A stretch of DNA of 63,927 bases, filler included, from Octopus bimaculoides (GCF_001194135.2; 13 parts of 12 records of this genome joined end to end with filler, not necessarily neighbours in it); one strand, 5' to 3'; counted from the first letter of the whole stretch, positions 12,946-27,379 are shown. The notes: generated by a model not told the origin, from the sequence alone. A program made the numbers and translations.

Positions 12946-14843
12946 ACTGTGATACTACATACATAACTTTATTCAGTGTCTTACAATAGCTGCGTGTAGA
13001 TGTTTTTTGGAAAGTGCAATTGACCTCTTTGAGTAATAGTAGTAATATCTGAAGAATTTGCGCTTTATGTTTTTTTGCATTTGAAGGTTTGAATGTGATT
13101 TATCCAGTCGGTTTAGCTTTAAAATAGTAGAGCAACGACAGAGGGAGCTTGGTCCATATTCACCATCTGAGCTAACTGAGCATTCAATATGTAATTCTTT
13201 CTTATTTTATTTAGCATAAGGCCTAAAATTTGCAGGAAGGATTTAATCGAATAAATCAACCCTCGTGTTTTCAAATGATACTTCTTTTATTGATCCCATA
13301 CCGATGAAAAGCAAAGTCGATTTCGGTGGCATATGAGCTGAGGACGTAAAGAATCCGACAGAAAAACTGTTAAACATTTTATCCAGTGCAGTTACGCTTC
13401 CGCCAGCTCACTGCTTTAACCGAACTTTTAATAATATACCAAGCAACCCAATAGAATTTATTTTAAAGATAACAAAGACCATGAGACAATGAGTAAACCG
13501 AAATCTAATCCAGGAAAGTCTACAAAAATATGACCTAATTTTATTTTTATACTATTATAGTTTTACAACAGAGGTTCCTAAAAAAACCCCACAAAAGCCA
13601 ATCTTATTCGGAAATTTCCTTCATAATTTCTCTTACAATTAATCATTATTCCTCTCTCTCTCCGTTTTTTTCCTCTCTGTCTGTCTCTCTTTCTCTCTCA
13701 CTCTATCTATCTATCTATTTATCCATCTAACACTTTTCCCATTCTCACTCGCTCTCTCACTCTCCGTCCCTTCGTTTCCCTCTCTACCTCTCTTTCTTTC
13801 TGTCTGTCTCTCACCCACTCACTCTCTTAGCAAGGTCATATATATTAAGTTATTATGAATGATAGCTGACTGGAGGAGATATTCCGCAGTCATAAACAAC
13901 AAAAAATTATACATACAAACACACAAACACACACATGCATACGTACATACATACATACATAGTACGTCCATTTATATATACACATACATACATAATACAT
14001 ATATACTTACATACAAATATATATATGTACATATATATATATATATATATANNNNNNNNNNNNNNNNNNNNNNNNNNNNNNNNNNNNNNNNNNNNNNNNN
14101 NNNNNNNNNNNNNNNNNNNNNNNNNNNNNNNNNNNNNNNNNNNNNNNNNNNNNNNNNNNNNNNNNNNNNNNNNNNNNNNNNNNNNNNNNNNNNNNNNNNN
14201 NNNNNNNNNNNNNNNNNNNNNNNNNNNNGCGTACATATATATATATGTATGTATATATACGTACATTCACGTATACATATGCGTACATATATATATATGT
14301 ATGTATATATACGTACATTCACGTATACAGAGATATACATATATGTTTGTGTGTACATGCACATCTGTATGTATATATGTATGCCTGTATATATATATAT
14401 AGACATAAGTGTATATATATATATATATATATATATACGTATGTATGTATGTATGTGTGTATGTATACACAGACACATACGTATGTATCGATAGCAGGCC
14501 TTTCCGTTTATTTTAGATCAATAACGAAACACAAAAATCCATACAGTTTTTACGTACCTTCTGAATTGCTGATAACACTAAATTGGTTGCTGCATTCCAA
14601 CGTTAATAGATAGAGTTGCGCATTGTTGACTTTTTGCACTTTGGACTATTTTCATTTCTCGCCTTCGCCACGCACCATCTGATATTTACTAGTTGTTTAC
14701 TGTTGGTTTACGATTTTGTTCTTCGTTTTTCTTTAGTTGTTTTCATTTTCCATTTGTAAGGTGTTTGCTGCTTCAATCATTCGCTTTTTCATAAGTTTGG
14801 TTGTCGCTGTTGTTACTGTTGATGATTATTGTTGTTGTTGTTG

Positions 14844-14889
<46 letters not shown>

Positions 14890-14944
14890 CATTCGATTTG
14901 CCCCCGTCGACCACCAACCCCCAAAAATCAGACCTTGTGCCTAT

Positions 14945-15131
14945 AATAGCAAGGATTGTTACGTTGAGTTCAAATTCCGCCGAGGTCGACTTTGCCTTTC
15001 ATCCTTTCGGGGTCGATAAATTAAGTACCAGTTACACACTGGGATCGATGTAATCGACTTAATCCCTTTGCCTGTCCTCGTTTGTCCCCTTTATGTTTAG
15101 CCCCTTGTGGGCAATAAAGAAATAAGAAAGG

Positions 15132-15185
<54 letters not shown>
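14945..15185 (+). mobile_element. SINE family B with (ATT)n tail
   Basis: GAGTTCAAATTCCGCCGAGGTCGACTTTGCCTTTCATCCTTTCGGGGTCGATAAATTAAGTACCAG motif; recurs at 13.2 (minus), 20.1, 34.0, 47.0, 52.4-52.8 and 57.1-57.6 kb. Confidence 0.8.
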
Positions 15186-15317
15186 NNNNNNNNNNNNNNN
15201 NNNNNNNNNNNNNNNNNNNNNNNNNNNNNTTAATTAATTAANNNNNNNNNNNNNNNNNNNNNNNNNNNNNNNNNNNNNNNNNNNNATTCTTAATTATAAT
15301 ATCCCTATATATATCCC

Positions 15318-15348
<31 letters not shown>

Positions 15349-15565
15349 ATATATATATATATGTATGTGTATGTATATATATATATATGTATGTATATAT
15401 ATATATATATGTATGTGTATGTATATATATATATATATATATGTATGTGTATGTATATATATATATATATTTATATATATATACACGTATGTATGTATGT
15501 ATATACATATGTGTACATATATGAATGAGTCCCGCTCATCTATGGCCCTGTGGCTAATAAAAGAA

Positions 15566-15606
<41 letters not shown>

Positions 15607-16149
15607 GAGTTTGTCCTACTGCTTCACTGCTTACTGGATTATTTTTGTCCCCCCCACCCCACAACACACATACGCATTTATACATATACGTATGTATATA
15701 CATACACACTCACGCACACAAGCATGTATATATATATATGTATATACACAGCTACGCACCCACACATATATATCTATGTATATGGATATATATGATTATA
15801 CATAGGTGTATGTATGTACATACATATGTCTATATGTATGTATATATGTCTGTATGTATGTATTCGAAATAATGCAGGTTTGTGGCTGTCCGGTACACCT
15901 AAACTAATCGCTCATACATTGGTCAAAATGTCTGTAACCGTGTATTTAACAGAGTTCTATATTAAACACTATCCACCAAACGCCCACCACCAACCACCAC
16001 CGCTTGTCCACGTCCTTCCTTACCAGTGCCGTCGAACATATCACGCCATCACGCCATCAGTCTCCAGTTTACGCAACCCTAAATGCATCCCTCAATTAGC
16101 CGCTGCTTGTTATGGTCGTACATCAAACGCAACAGGAAAGAGCAGCCTT

Positions 16150-17100
16150 GCATAAACATAAGGGAGACAATCAAAACTATTTATCCCTTACGCAACCAAA
16201 CTTTTATTACTCGCGTGTTAATATCTTGCGAGCGACCTTGCATAGCTTTACTCAGTTAGTAAGCAGCTTCGCTGTTGCTTGTCTATTATTATGTCTGGTC
16301 TATTATTTTCTAGCTTCTTGTCAGTTTGAATAGGAAATGCAAACAGAATCTTACATTTCTCCGACTCCAGCACTCTTTCCACCCGATGTTCATAGCATGT
16401 GTCTCCAGCTTCAAATATCCATTTCTGGCAAAGCTTCCAGTATAAAACCATTACAATTTGGTCATGCCTCCATTTTTTTATATTCTTCCTGTGCCAACTT
16501 GGGACATTCTGCAACGTGTGCCATTGTCTCGTTCCAAGTTTCATAGACTCTTCATTTTCCTAACACATTCTCCCCAAACTCATACATTTTCCCTCAAGTT
16601 GTTTGTTTTTATCGCTTGATCCTAGGCTGCTACAATTAGGCTGTTTCTTTTTATAATTGCCTTTTCCTTTAACCAAACCCAGGATTTTCTTCCACATACA
16701 TCTTTAGTGGTTTTCCAAAATTTACCATACGAATGTCACTCAGTCTCACGTTCTCTCTTTGTCTTTCATTCCTGTTCTTTTTCTCCTATTCCTCACTTAA
16801 TCACTTGTTCCTTATTCACTATCTTTAGTAGTTTCTCTGTGCTGTTCTGTAAATATTCTAATAGGCTTTTCCTTTCCATCTGTACACACTCAGCCACTGC
16901 AATTAAGCCTCTTCCACCCTAGTCTCTCTTCAAGTGCAGCCGGTTGATATCAGCTTTCGGATGATGGGCTCCATACATTGTCAAGAGCTTTCCAGTTTTT
17001 CGGTCAAATTTCTGTATGTCATTTTTGGTCCAGTCTACAATTCCAGCTCCATATCTGATTACAGGTACTGCTCTTGCAGTTATTGCTTCAATAACATTTT
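16150..17100 (-). mobile_element. R4/Dong-clade non-LTR retrotransposon remnant (end of RT, CCHC knuckle, restriction-like endonuclease)
   Basis: Minus strand: AVPVIRYGAGIVDWTKNDIQKFDRKTGKLLTMYGAHHPKADINRLHLKR, GGRGLIAVAECV, AA*DQAIKTN, KKWRHDQIV...YWKLC, IQTDKKLENNRPDIII; frameshifted. Confidence 0.85.
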
Positions 17101-19298
17101 TGATTATTATTATGATTATTTGCAATGATGGTGGTGGTGGTGGTGGTCGTCGTCGTCGTAGTAGTAGTAGCGCTGGTGGTAGTAGTGACGCCGTTAATTT
17201 CCGGGTGGAACTTTCCCAGTTGTTTGTCAGGAATTATTACTCTTTTCGTTGTTGTTGTTGTTGTTGATGCTGTTATTACAATGAATATTTTTATATTCTT
17301 TAATATTGTTAATATATATTTCTAGTTATAGTGAATGTTTTTAAAACATTGATAGTGTTATTATTTCAATGAGTGGGTTTTTTTTTATAATTAGCTTTAT
17401 TATTATTATTATTAATTATTATTATTATTATTATTAATTATTATTATTATTATTATTATTATTATCACAGTTGTTTCTGTTGTTGTCTATAATTATGTAA
17501 GGAATGTATAGAATGTAAAAAAAAAACAAGCATGGTTACATTCATCACCATGACTGCCATCCCTACCACCTTCATCACTACCATCACCACCACCACCACC
17601 ATGATCATCATCATCACCATCATTACCACTACCACCAATCATCATCTCACTCATCATCACCATCACGATTATGATCATCATCGTCGTCACCACCATTATC
17701 TTCCCCCTCACCATCATCATCATCATGAACTTATCACCATCGTCACTACTACTTCCTTCACCAACATCATCATCATAATTGTCGTCGTCGTCATCATCAT
17801 CATCATCATCGTCATCGTTCGACGCTTTTCCTGATCCACCTGCTCTATTTTCATTCTCGCCGCTTTCAAACGAAATATCCATGTCTTTCATAGTGTTCCT
17901 TCAATATACATGTGTGTCTATGCGTGTCTGCGAACGCCTGTATGCATGTGTATGAGTATGTGTGCTATATTTTTTGCAACACCGATACACCCAGACAGAC
18001 GCACGCACACACACACACACACACACAGACACACACACATGAACAAATTTAACTCCACAGATTGAAGAGATATAACACCCAATAAAAATACAAAACCCCA
18101 CAAATATATTAATGATACTACCCTATAAACAGCCTAATTACAAAATAATGAACAAGTCCTTGAAAATAAAAAACAGACCAACTCAATAAACAGAGCACAG
18201 GGATAATCTAGATTAGGAATCAAAACGTATTACAGTAAAATCAGAATTAAAATGCTCTATATCTACGTATTGAGCTAGCCTACTTCATCGTCTGGGGGCG
18301 TCGACACAACATATTGGCTACCTGATGACATTGATTACGCTATGAGTGTAAAAATGTGTCGAAACGATCGTAGTGAGTTTGAAAACGCAATGTCGTCCAT
18401 TCCATTTCCTATCATTATATATTATATAGTCATCTTTATATATGTTACCTGTGTGTCTTTGTGTCTGTGTTTGTAAACACAACTACACCGCTTGAAACCA
18501 GTGTAGCTGTGTTTATGTCCCCGTAACTTAGCGGTTCATCAGAGAGAGCGATAGATTAAGTACCAGATTTTAAAAAATATGTAGTGGTACCCCGGCATGG
18601 TCGTAGTCTAAGAGATGAAACAACAATGTACTTGAAATAACCAACGGTAAATTGAAAAAAAAAATTATATGAAAACATAAGAGATGTGAACTCCACAACT
18701 CAAACTATCACATCGAACACACAACCACAATACTTTCTCGATAGATGACCATGCATTTTCAAAGCAGAGGCAATACACAACACATTTTAATGATATATAG
18801 AACATGAAAGAATATCTATTCCAACGACTATATATACATAATGTGTCTGTGTACGTGCCCGTGTGTGCGTGTATTAGGTGAGAGGGGGTTCTGGAAATGA
18901 TTGTCTCCTTCGTCGCCTCGGGTACATAATAATGCTAAATACTCTTTGTCTGTCATACTTTCTTTCAGTGTTTCTTTCACTTTCGTTTTTTTCTGTCTGT
19001 CTATCATTCATTCATTCTCTCTTTCTTTTTGGTCTGTCTGTCTCTCAGTTTGCCTTTTTTCCTCCTGTCTGTCATTCTCTTCTTTCTTTCATCTCTCCTT
19101 TCATTTTCCTTTGTTTTTTCTTTCTTTCTCCCCCTCCCTCTCTCTCTCTAGCCATATTCATGTATTCATGTCCTAATAAAATACGCCATAAAATATCCGT
19201 AAAGATGGTTTCTTTTAATAGCCAACCTCATGTTTAACTACAACGCCAAAAGGACTATGTATATATGAATGTGTGTGTGTGTGTATGTATGTATGTGC

Positions 19299-19329
<31 letters not shown>

Positions 19330-21125
19330 CATGTGTGTGTGAGTGTGTATTGTTTTTTTGTCTTCTCCATTTGCATCTTATATATATTTCTATATACATG
19401 CATATACACACACATGTATATACATATACACACACGTATGTATTATATACATACATATATACATAACTGCAAACATACATATCTATCTGCCCATTAGTCT
19501 ATCTATATTTATATCATATCTCTCTATCTATCTATCTATCTATCTAATTACATATATACATATATAATTAATATTTCCTTTCGTCACGTCTGTCCAGATA
19601 TCTGCTTACAGAATTAATTGTCACTGCAGCACCACATTATGCTCAGCATACATCCCCTGCTTCAAGCAGATTGGTTTAGTATTATAATAAACATAAATGC
19701 CATTGTGAATAAATCGTTTGCTCCTGTGTATATTAAACTGCTTCCTACTTCACTGCAGAATCGAGACCTGCTTGTTAACAATTCAAAATCTGCGCTGTCT
19801 TAAGAAAGGAAGGACGCATTGTGTGATGTAGTTCTTAGGACTAGCTTATACAACGATGTCGTTCGTTGGACTCGCTTATTCAATGCATCGTTTAATGATC
19901 TGGAATCCGTGAACAGAATAAGACGAAAGGTCACGGATGTAATGTCTTTGATAAGGGGTCTGCTGGATCAATACTAACCACGGTTGAACAAAAATTTTAT
20001 TTATTATATATCAGCTAGAGTAATTAGCGGTGAATTAACTGAGGGCTTTGCGTTTATTTGTTTCAACTTTGCGTTCGGAGTTCAATCCCCAATGAGGTCA
20101 ACTTGGCATTTCATTCTTTTCGGGGGTCGATAAATTAAGTACCAATCCAAAACAGCGGATTGCCAAAAACTGTAAAAACGTCGATCCGGGTGGATGACTT
20201 GCGGTATTTGTTTCAATTCTTTGCATTCCAAGCTCAAATCCGGATGTGGCCTGCTTGGGTCGTAGTCTCAATATGTCACCCAGTTTAACACGACGACCTG
20301 GTTTTGGGGTTGCCTTTAGCAGAGTCTACTCTGTTTCAAGGGTTCGGCCCAGGTCTTCGGGGCTTGAGGATACTCTACACCTGCCACCTTCCATCCATGC
20401 CCCTCTCCCCTTTCTTTCTCTCCTACCCACGTCAGTGAGCCTGCAATGGGAGACGGTGGGGTATGAGCACCTCACTTCTCTTAATACTTAAAGAGAAGAA
20501 AAAACAAAAACAGACACACACATACATTCCCTCCCTTCCGAACTCCTAAACATAAGAACTAATGAGGGAATCTCCATGGCTGGCTAAACCTGCTAGAAAT
20601 CGAAACTAAAACTCCCTTAAATTACATTCTTCTCTCTTAGAACAGGTCTGGATACGCACATGGTCATGGCTGAAGCGTCATTGTTAATATGACTGATCGG
20701 TCAGGTCTACACTGAGACAACGTATTGTTGACTGCAATGGCACCAAAGGGGGATCTCCTAGCAAGACAACTTTACCAGGGGAAACCATTTTCTTTGTAAT
20801 AAGCTGATAATACACTTTGGAAAGGCATGGCTATCACACAGTCACATAATTTTAGGCTCGAGGCCTGGGGTGAGTTAATATTTTGATCGGAATTGATATG
20901 GGAGATATATTCGATTGACTTGTCCGTTCTTGATCAGTTGGATTATTGAAGTGGAAACCGATATAACAAGGGACAGACAGACAGACAGCTAGCTAGATAG
21001 ATAGATAGGTAGGTAGGTAGGTAGGTAGGTAGGTAGGTAGGTAGGTAAAGAGGTGGGTAGGTAGGCGGATAGAAAAGTAGGTAGATATAGATAGAAGATA
21101 GATAGATAGATAAATAGATATATAG

Positions 21126-21174
<49 letters not shown>

Positions 21175-21451
21175 CGGGAGGGAGAAAAGAAGAGAGACAA
21201 AACAGGAAAGTTGAGAGAAGGATAGAAACAGATGGAGAAAGAGAGAGAGAGAATGAAAAGTTGAGAGCGAGATAGATATAGGGAGTATGGAAGATATGAA
21301 AGAAGTAACACACACAGATACACACACACATATACATACAATAATATTATGTATTCGTAAAATGAAACCATCTTTAATTTAGGAGTAGCTTTATATATGC
21401 ACTCATATATACACTTCTGTATTATATATATACGTGTGTGTGTATGCATCC

Positions 21452-21492
<41 letters not shown>

Positions 21493-21609
21493 NNNNNNNN
21501 NNNNNNNNNNNNNNNNNNNNNNNNNNNNNNNNNNNNTTAATTAATTAANNNNNNNNNNNNNNNNNNNNNNNNNNNNNNNNNNNNNNNNNNNNATACATAT
21601 ATATATATA

Positions 21610-22320
21610 TATATAAACGGAACAAGAACGTAACGAACTTTAAGCATAGTCTGATTTTTTAACTTCCTTTGCAGGAAACCATCAAGGTGCTTGAAAAGGT
21701 GGTAGTCAGTAGGAGAAAGGTCAGGGGAATAAGCTGGGTGGGGAAGAACTTTGTAGCAAGTTCACTCAACTTCTGGAGCGTCATTTAGTGAAATGAGAAG
21801 TCGAGCATTGTCATGAAGAATGATTGACCCTCTTCTGTTGACCAGTCTGGGACGGAGGAGTAGCAGTTTTTCATTCATTTTGGCCAATTTCATGACAATG
21901 TTTCTGCTGTAATGGTTTTTCCGGGTTTTAAGAAGTTATAGTGGATGAGTCCAGCAGTAAACCACCAAACAGTCACAATAACCTTCTTTTTGAAGAGCTC
22001 ATTTTAGGGAAGGTTTTCGGTGCTTCATTTTGGTCCAACTTCTGCAAAGAACGTTTTTTTTTTTTATTATTGTACAGAATCCACTTTTCATCGCAAGTTA
22101 CAATACGGTCGAGAAATGGATCGGTCTGGAGAAGAAGCGACTAGCAAATTTCATATCTGCGCATTTTCTGATTCTCATTCAAATCGTGTGGTACTCCACT
22201 GTCTCTTTTGTTTATTAGATATTTCGTGGTGGTCTCTTGTTCTTGGATTTCATAGTGTGATATGATGTAGCGGTCACGAGTCCAAGAGAGTCTTCCTTCA
22301 AGTCTTAGGGAAACATACCC
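21610..22320 (-). mobile_element. mariner (DD34D) transposase remnant
   Basis: Minus strand: PHDLNENQKMRRYEIC, FLDRIVTCDEKWILYNN, KKVIVTVWW, LIHYNFL, ILHDNAR, PHPAYSPDLSPTDYHLFKHLD; canonical mariner motifs with stops and frameshifts. Confidence 0.9.
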
Positions 22321-23110
22321 ATGCATAGCTTTTTTTGTTTGTTTGTTTTTTTGTTTTTATTGTTTTATTTTTTTTTGTATACTGAGCATTACACATCCAG
22401 GTCTTCTTTGAGGTATATAAACCAGACTGTTTTGGGGTTGTATGATTGATCATAAGGTAGAGAGTACCTCTTCAGGAATTTGCTGCAACCACACAGGACA
22501 TTGTTCTCTTCACTTTTCAACACTAAATTAATGTTCTTATTTTCACTGCTGTTGTTTAGGAAGTGCTGCTTAGTGTATGTCCGTATGTATGTATGTATGC
22601 ATGTATGTATGTATGTATGTATGTATGTATGTATGTATGTATGTATGTGAGTGTTTATCGATTCAGTCGTGATTTCATTCCACTGCTTGGTATCTTGGGT
22701 CAAGTAACCTTACAATAGCCTCTTTCAACCTATGTCATATGCTGAAATTGGGTAGGCAGAAACTGTGAAGAATCCCGTCAAATAGATTCTACAAGTAATT
22801 CAAAGATCCAGCCTTCTCCTCGCTAATCTTTGAAGTATTGTTCACATTTACTGCGCAACTAAACTGCATAACTAACTGTCATTTCTTCTCCAGTTGTATC
22901 TCTGGGTCTGCAACAGCAAGTGCAAAAAGCCATCATTTCTTTCAAAGACGATCTAAGCATTCATGTCCGAAATATTGAAATGCTATATGTTTGTATGTAA
23001 TGGATGGGTGGATGAATGGATGGATGGACGGATGGATGGATGGATGGATAGATGGATGGATGGATGGATGGATGGATGGATGGATGGATCTGTACGCACG
23101 GCTTTGGTCA

Positions 23111-23222
23111 GCCCAAGGCTTTTGTAGAACACACTTGCCCAAGGCTTTTGTAGAACACACTTGCCCAAGGCTTTTGTAGAACACACTTGCCCAAGGCTTT
23201 TGTAGAACACACTTGCCCAAGG
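23111..23222. repeat. 26-bp perfect tandem repeat x4.3 inside a minus-strand SINE A
   Basis: GCCCAAGGCTTTTGTAGAACACACTT at 23111, 23137, 23163 and 23189, plus GCCCAAGG; no spacers. Confidence 0.95.
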
Positions 23223-23339
23223 TACTATGTAGTGCGGTTGAGCCCGGAACCATGTATTTGAGAAGCAAACCAAACTTCTTGAGGATTATTTTTTCTCTTA
23301 TTGAAATAGGAGGAAGAGGCAATGTCCAGGACTTTCACA

Positions 23340-23710
23340 GGTCCTCTTAGATCACTGAGTTCGATGTTATTAATGTTCCTCTTGAACCTTTGTTATTCTA
23401 CGCTTGCGGGAAAGAAATAAGAGCAAGGAAGGAATTCAGTAAGAAATAGGAGCAAGGAAAAAAATCTAAGAAAGAAATACAGGACGTAGTGATATTAGTG
23501 CGGGGTTTGATAGGTTGGATGCAACAAAGATGTTGAGAGCAAAAGAGATGAATGCCCGTGTTAGAGTGACACGAGCCGAGCAATTATAGAACAGAAGACA
23601 TAACAGAGAAGATATCGTGCCTACAGAACAGAACTTGAGATGCGTCTATGAGTAACTATGGCAGTCAGTCGGCTGGGTCTTTTCTGGATGCAGTCTAGGA
23701 TGTCTGTAGT
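23340..23710 (-). mobile_element. CR1/L2/Jockey-group LINE 3' remnant
   Basis: Minus strand ILDCIQKR..., a HRR-like and SSLCLFY-like segment, ending ...AAGAGGAACATTAATAACATCGAACTCAGTGATCT; resembles the LDRVQKRA...HRR.V.SL.LFY C-terminus. Heavily degenerate. Confidence 0.5.
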
Positions 23711-26391
23711 TAGCGTTGTAGTATAGTGGTGTTGATGGTGCTGGTGTTGATGCTGGTGCTGGTGCTGGTGGAATTATGTTCCAGTTGTTTTGCCGATATT
23801 AACAGTGGTGTTTCTTGTTATGGAAGTTGTTGTTTTTTATGTTGGCGGTGTTTGTGCTGGTAATTATGAAGGTGGTGATAATATGTTTTTGGAGCGGGCT
23901 GATGGTGGTGGTGGTGGTAGTGGTGGTGGTCGTGGTGGTCGTGGTGGTCGTNNNNNNNNNNNNNNNNNNNNNNNNNNNNNNNNNNNNNNNNNNNNNNNNN
24001 NNNNNNNNNNNNNNNNNNNNNNNNNNNNNNNNNNNNNNNNNNNNNNNNNNNNNNNNNNNNNNNNNNNNNNNNNNNNNNNNNNNNNNNNNNNNNNNNNNNN
24101 NNNCATGGTCGTGGTCGTCGTGGTCGTGGTCGTGGTATTTTATTGAAGGTGGTGCTAGTAGTGCTGGTAGCGGTGATGATGATGGCGTTGGTAATGTGTT
24201 CGGAGGTGGTGAGGCTGTCAGCGTTGTTTGAGGTGCTGGTAATGATAATGATGGGGGGGTTAACTGATGTGTGTAAGAGGACTAACGCAGGTGACATTAT
24301 GTGTATTTGATTAGTATTAGAAGCAGTGGTAGTAGTGATGAGAGTGGTGGGAGTGGCAGTGGCGGTGAGGTAGTGGTGGTTGTGGTGGTGGTGGTGGTGG
24401 TGGTGGTGGTGGTGGATTTTGTGGTAGTANNNNNNNNNNNNNNNNNNNNNNNNNNNNNNNNNNNNNNNNNNNNNNNNNNNNNNNNNNNNNNNNNNNNNNN
24501 NNNNNNNNNNNNNNNNNNNNNNNNNNNNNNNNNNNNNNNNNNNNNNNNNNNNNNNNNNNNNNNNNNNNNNNNNNNNNNNNNNNNNNNNNNNNNNNNNNNN
24601 NNNNNNNNNNNNNNNNNNNNNNNNNNNNNNNNNNNNNNNNNNNNNNNNNNNNNNNNNNNNNNNNNNNNNNNNNNNNNNNNNNNNNNNNNNNNNNNNNNNN
24701 NNNNNNNNNNNNNNNNNNNNNNNNNNNNNNNNNNNNNNNNNNNNNNNNNNNNNNNNNNNNNNNNNNNNNNNNNNNNNNNNNNNNNNNNNNNNNNNNNNNN
24801 NGGTGGTGGTGGTGGCGGCGTTGGTGGTGGTGGTGGTGGTCTTTATAGATGTCATTATTGTTGTTTCGGTGGTGGTAGTGTTTACTGTTGTTCCTTTTAT
24901 TTATTTGTCGTTCCTGTAGAGTTTGTGTTGTTATCGATGTTACTGCTGCTGCTGCTGCTGCTGCTGTTGTTATTGCTGTTGTTGTTGTTGTCGTTGTTGT
25001 TGCTACTGCCGTTTTTTTTTGTCGCCGTTGCTGTTATCTAAACTGCATATCTTCTACATCATCGATGTGATGAAAGAAATGAGGATCGAGGTGATGATTG
25101 CAACGGTTGTTGGGATTAGGCGAGATGATCCGGGTGGAGAGGATCTAGACAGTGACAGCTGTGATCACGGCTGTGAATACAGCTGTCGTTACGGTTCTAA
25201 CTGTAATTATTACTGCAATCCTGGTTATGGTCGTGGCTGTGATTCTGAATGCAGTTATCATTACGACTGTAAATGTGGCTGCAGTTTTGTTTTCGATTGT
25301 GACTGGATTGTGAATGTCACCGTGACTGTGATTGTAGTCCTCGCGATTGTACTTGGAGTTATGATTGCAGTTGTGATATTAGATGTGATTGTGATTGGAT
25401 GGTGATTGTGGCTATGATTATAGTTGTGGTTAGGGTTGGGATTGTAATCATGGTCATAGACAGGACATTGCTGCTATTGCAGTTGTAGTTGCGAGTGCGG
25501 TTGCAATTGTTGGCTGAGATTGACGTTGTGATTGCATTTGTGGTCGAACGTTATGGTATAAGGATTATAGAGTACCAAGAGAAAGAAGATAGTATAAATA
25601 TACTCTAGAATAGATCTCAGAGAATGGCAAACTGATCATATTGAGGAATATGTCAATGCACACAAACATGAAGATGAAGATTGATCAACTGGATCAATTT
25701 TCGTTAAGGAGCACCAGTAAAAGAAATTCCTCGTGATGGATGGGAGTTCATTGCGGCCATGTTACCAAAGTAATATAGCACTTAATTCAGTTGTGTCATC
25801 TCAAAAATTTAACTCTAAACAGAAAAGATTGGGTCTTAACGCAAACATCCCAAATAAAAACGAAAGTAAAAGAGAACGATAGGTAATGAGGTTTACATTA
25901 TATTTATATATACATACATACATTTTTACATACATACATACATATATATATATGCAAACATATATATATATATATATATGTATANNNNNNNNNNNNNNNN
26001 NNNNNNNNNNNNNNNNNNNNNNNNNNNNNNNNNNNNNNNNNNNNNNNNNNNNNNNNNNNNNNNNNNNNNNNNNNNNNNNNNNNNNNNNNNNNNNNNNNNN
26101 NNNNNNNNNNNNNNNNNNNNNNNNNNNNNNNNNNNNNNNNNNNNNNNNNNNNNNNNNNNNNNNNNNNNNNNNNNNNNNNNNNNNNNNNNNNNNNNNNNNN
26201 NNNNNNNNNNNNNNNNNNNNNNNNNNNNNNNNNNNNNNNNNNNNNNNNNNNNNNNNNNNNNNNNNNNNNNNNNNNNNNNNNNNNNNNNNNNNNNNNNNNN
26301 NNNNNNNNNNNNNNNNNNNNNNNNNNNNNNNNNNNNNNNNNNNNNNNNNNNNNNNNNNNNNNNNNNNNNNNNNNNNNNNNNNNNNNNNNNN

Positions 26392-26423
<32 letters not shown>

Positions 26424-26944
26424 ATATAATGAAGAAATAAATGGGATAAATGTCCCCTTATACAGCACAACTAATTAGCGCTCTAATAGAGCCTCGGGAA
26501 TAAAAAAACCAAGAAAGGGAAAACAAATTTCAAAGGTCAGTGTTCATATTCATTCAATATATTTCAAAGCGTCGGAATACTACACAGCATACATAAGGGC
26601 ATTCATATGCATAAGATATAATATAAAAATTCATAAATACATATATGTACTTGCGAGGTTGTATGTCTGTTTTAAAATCAATGAGGATATTAAAATACGC
26701 GGATGGTGAATGTATAGCGGTAATCCAAATAGATGAGAAAGTAATCTTGAGCAGGTGCAAAGTCTGACGCCCGTTTCGAGAAGATATAGTTTGGTATGGG
26801 CGAGTTAATTCCTACTATAATAATCATCTATATTTCTTTCATCAGAGTTAATCTAAAAGATTTTTAAAGTTTTAAGCAGCATGAGAAATTTAATAATTTT
26901 TAAAATTGAATGTTGTGTCGGAACATACAGTTCAGGTGGGATTT

Positions 26945-27279
26945 TTACCTCTTTTTACTTGTTTCAGTCATTTGACTGCGGCCATGCTGGAGCACCGCCT
27001 TTAGTCGAGAAAATCGACCCCAGCACTTATTCTTTGTAAGCCTAGTACTTATTCTATCGGACCCTTTTTGCCGAACCGCTAAGTTACGGGGACATAAACA
27101 AACCAGAATCGGTTGTCAAGCGATGTTGGAGGGACAAGCACAGACACACAAACACACACACACACACATACATATATATACATATACGACGGGCTTCTTT
27201 CAGTTTCCGTCTACCAAATCCACTCACAAGGCTTTGGTCGGACCGGGGCTATAGTAGCAGACACCTGCCCAAGGTTCCA
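26945..27279 (-). mobile_element. SINE family A, CpG-intact copy
   Basis: Reverse complement contains CCTTGGGCAGGTGTCTGCTACTATAGCCCCGG...CCTTGTGAGTGGATTTGGTAGACGGAAACTGAAAGAAGCCCGTCG, an internal microsatellite, and the GTCCCCGTAACTTAGCGGTTCGGC tail. Confidence 0.85.
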
Positions 27280-27379
27280 NNNNNNNNNNNNNNNNNNNNN
27301 NNNNNNNNNNNNNNNNNNNNNNNTTAATTAATTAANNNNNNNNNNNNNNNNNNNNNNNNNNNNNNNNNNNNNNNNNNNN

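Noticed and set aside
17493-17891. Poly-His/poly-Asp/poly-Thr ORFs (also 23790-25041, 42035-43200, 51277-51635)
   Set aside because: Degenerate CAT/CAC/GGT trinucleotide tracts open in multiple frames; typical of this genome's non-coding DNA.
22876-22995. Possible + strand exon [31 protein letters not shown] (acceptor near 22893)
   Set aside because: No recognisable homology to MAP3K1 SWIM or any family I know; lies between repeats; could be chance.
23111-23222. CRISPR-like short direct repeats
   Set aside because: Units are contiguous with no spacers, derive from a SINE core, and the context is eukaryotic with no cas genes.
24923-25405. Cys-rich ORF followed by a hydrophobic tail, resembling a membrane or metal-binding protein
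   Set aside because: Arises from a cryptic TGTGAT/GTGATT hexamer repeat; Cys spacing and the Val/Ile run follow from the repeat; no credible start or splice sites.
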